Shown here piece by piece: positions 54,769 to 55,529 of a stretch of 55,529 bases of DNA (positions are counted from its first letter, which is position 1; each line of letters begins with the position of its first letter). The stretch covers positions 1-55,529 of the IMG/VR virus record IMGVR_UViG_3300019871_000002. One strand, written 5' to 3'. The notes under the pieces are model-generated. The model was not told the DNA's origin. It saw only the letters and a list, made by a program, of their open reading frames with translations, and searched no databases. The translations under genes and the position numbers were made by a program. This DNA comes from a virus (Duplodnaviria > Caudoviricetes).

Positions 54769-55529
54769 CTATTTGTTGAACGGGGGCATGTGTCGCCGGT
54801 AATACTCCTGATGCTCGTGCCGGGCCTTTGACAACGGGTCGTCAATACCGGCAAGCTTGAAGCCTTCGGCCCGTTTCAGACACGGTAGACAGTGCCCGCA
54901 GGGGGGCGTCGTGCCCTCGAAACAAGTCAACGTGTAGGCCAACGCTTCCACGCATTCGGGTATGCTGCGTGCAAGAGCGAGGCAGTCCTCTCGCGACATG
55001 TGGGTGGGCGTGTCGATCACGACGGGCCAACCGGGAACTGCGCAATTGATCGCAGCTTCAACCATGTCCTCGAACTGCGACGTGCAGTCTGAGAAGCCCC
55101 CGCGCAGTCCGGTCGTGATCGTGCTGCACCGCCATAGGAAAGCGTACATTGCGGCCTGTGACAGGAGTATCAAGTTGCGATAGGGAATGAACGAGTTGTC
55201 CTCGTCTCCATGCGCAGCCGCGTCGGCGATGTCGTGGTACTTCGTGACGGGCTCGCCCCCGATCAATGATGAACCGGGCACTAGCGGGAAATGCATTCGG
55301 TGGGTGACATGATTGCCCATCAGCGGGGCATATCGTTCGGACCGTGCGATACGACCGACGATCGTGCGGGCATAACCGAGCTCGTGCGAATGTCGCTGAC
55401 CGTAGGAAAAGGAGAGGGCGTGAACCCTCCCCCCGTTCCGACGTGCGACATCGAGCGCGTGGTAGAGTGCGATCGTGGAGTCCATGCCCCCACTGAACAG
55501 CACCAGCGTGTTGCGATCGATGTCAAAGG
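54769..55529 (-). CDS. queC: 7-cyano-7-deazaguanine synthase (5' end beyond the window)
   Basis: SGGMDS, SFSYGQRH, IPYRN, SDC, C...CGHCLPCLKR. The frame is open to the window edge. Confidence 0.93.
   Translation of the reverse strand, partial: FDIDRNTLVLFSGGMDSTIALYHALDVARRNGGRVHALSFSYGQRHSHELGYARTIVGRIARSERYAPLMGNHVTHRMHFPLVPGSSLIGGEPVTKYHDIADAAAHGDEDNSFIPYRNLILLSQAAMYAFLWRCSTITTGLRGGFSDCTSQFEDMVEAAINCAVPGWPVVIDTPTHMSREDCLALARSIPECVEALAYTLTCFEGTTPPCGHCLPCLKRAEGFKLAGIDDPLSKARHEHQEYYRRHMPPFNK

Overview
This window is about 55.5 kb of a tailed dsDNA phage genome with a siphovirus-type tail. The host is probably an Alphaproteobacterium, inferred from a GcrA homologue and a GH108 endolysin with a membrane tail. 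Almost every gene is on the minus strand. From right to left the modules are: (1) 7-deazaguanine DNA modification (queC cut by the window edge, folE, TGT-like dpdA); (2) replication/recombination (beta clamp, PolA with a UDG-like N-domain, DnaX-like clamp loader, UvsY-like, SSB, RecA, Holliday junction resolvase, HAD phosphatase, SbcD/SbcC); (3) a NusG/RfaH-like gene followed directly by a hairpin and an ops-like sequence; (4) packaging (TerS, GcrA-like, TerL, portal fused to an Acb1-like 2H phosphoesterase, MuF-like); (5) a translationally coupled cassette of an ATP-grasp ligase, a methyltransferase and three glycosyltransferases inside the head operon; (6) capsid, neck, collagen/SPRY fibres and tail; (7) lysis. 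The only plus-strand unit is an HTH gene plus a class III aminotransferase, followed at the left end by a hairpin-rich non-coding region and small unknown ORFs. The best candidates for undescribed biology are the putative virion-glycosylation cassette, the RfaH/ops-like late antitermination switch, the portal-Acb1 fusion, an apparently circularly permuted DpdA, and a shared K-R-x-[KR]-I terminal tag on many proteins. All family assignments come from motifs recognised by eye; no database search was run. No tRNA, rRNA, CRISPR array or integrase was recognised.
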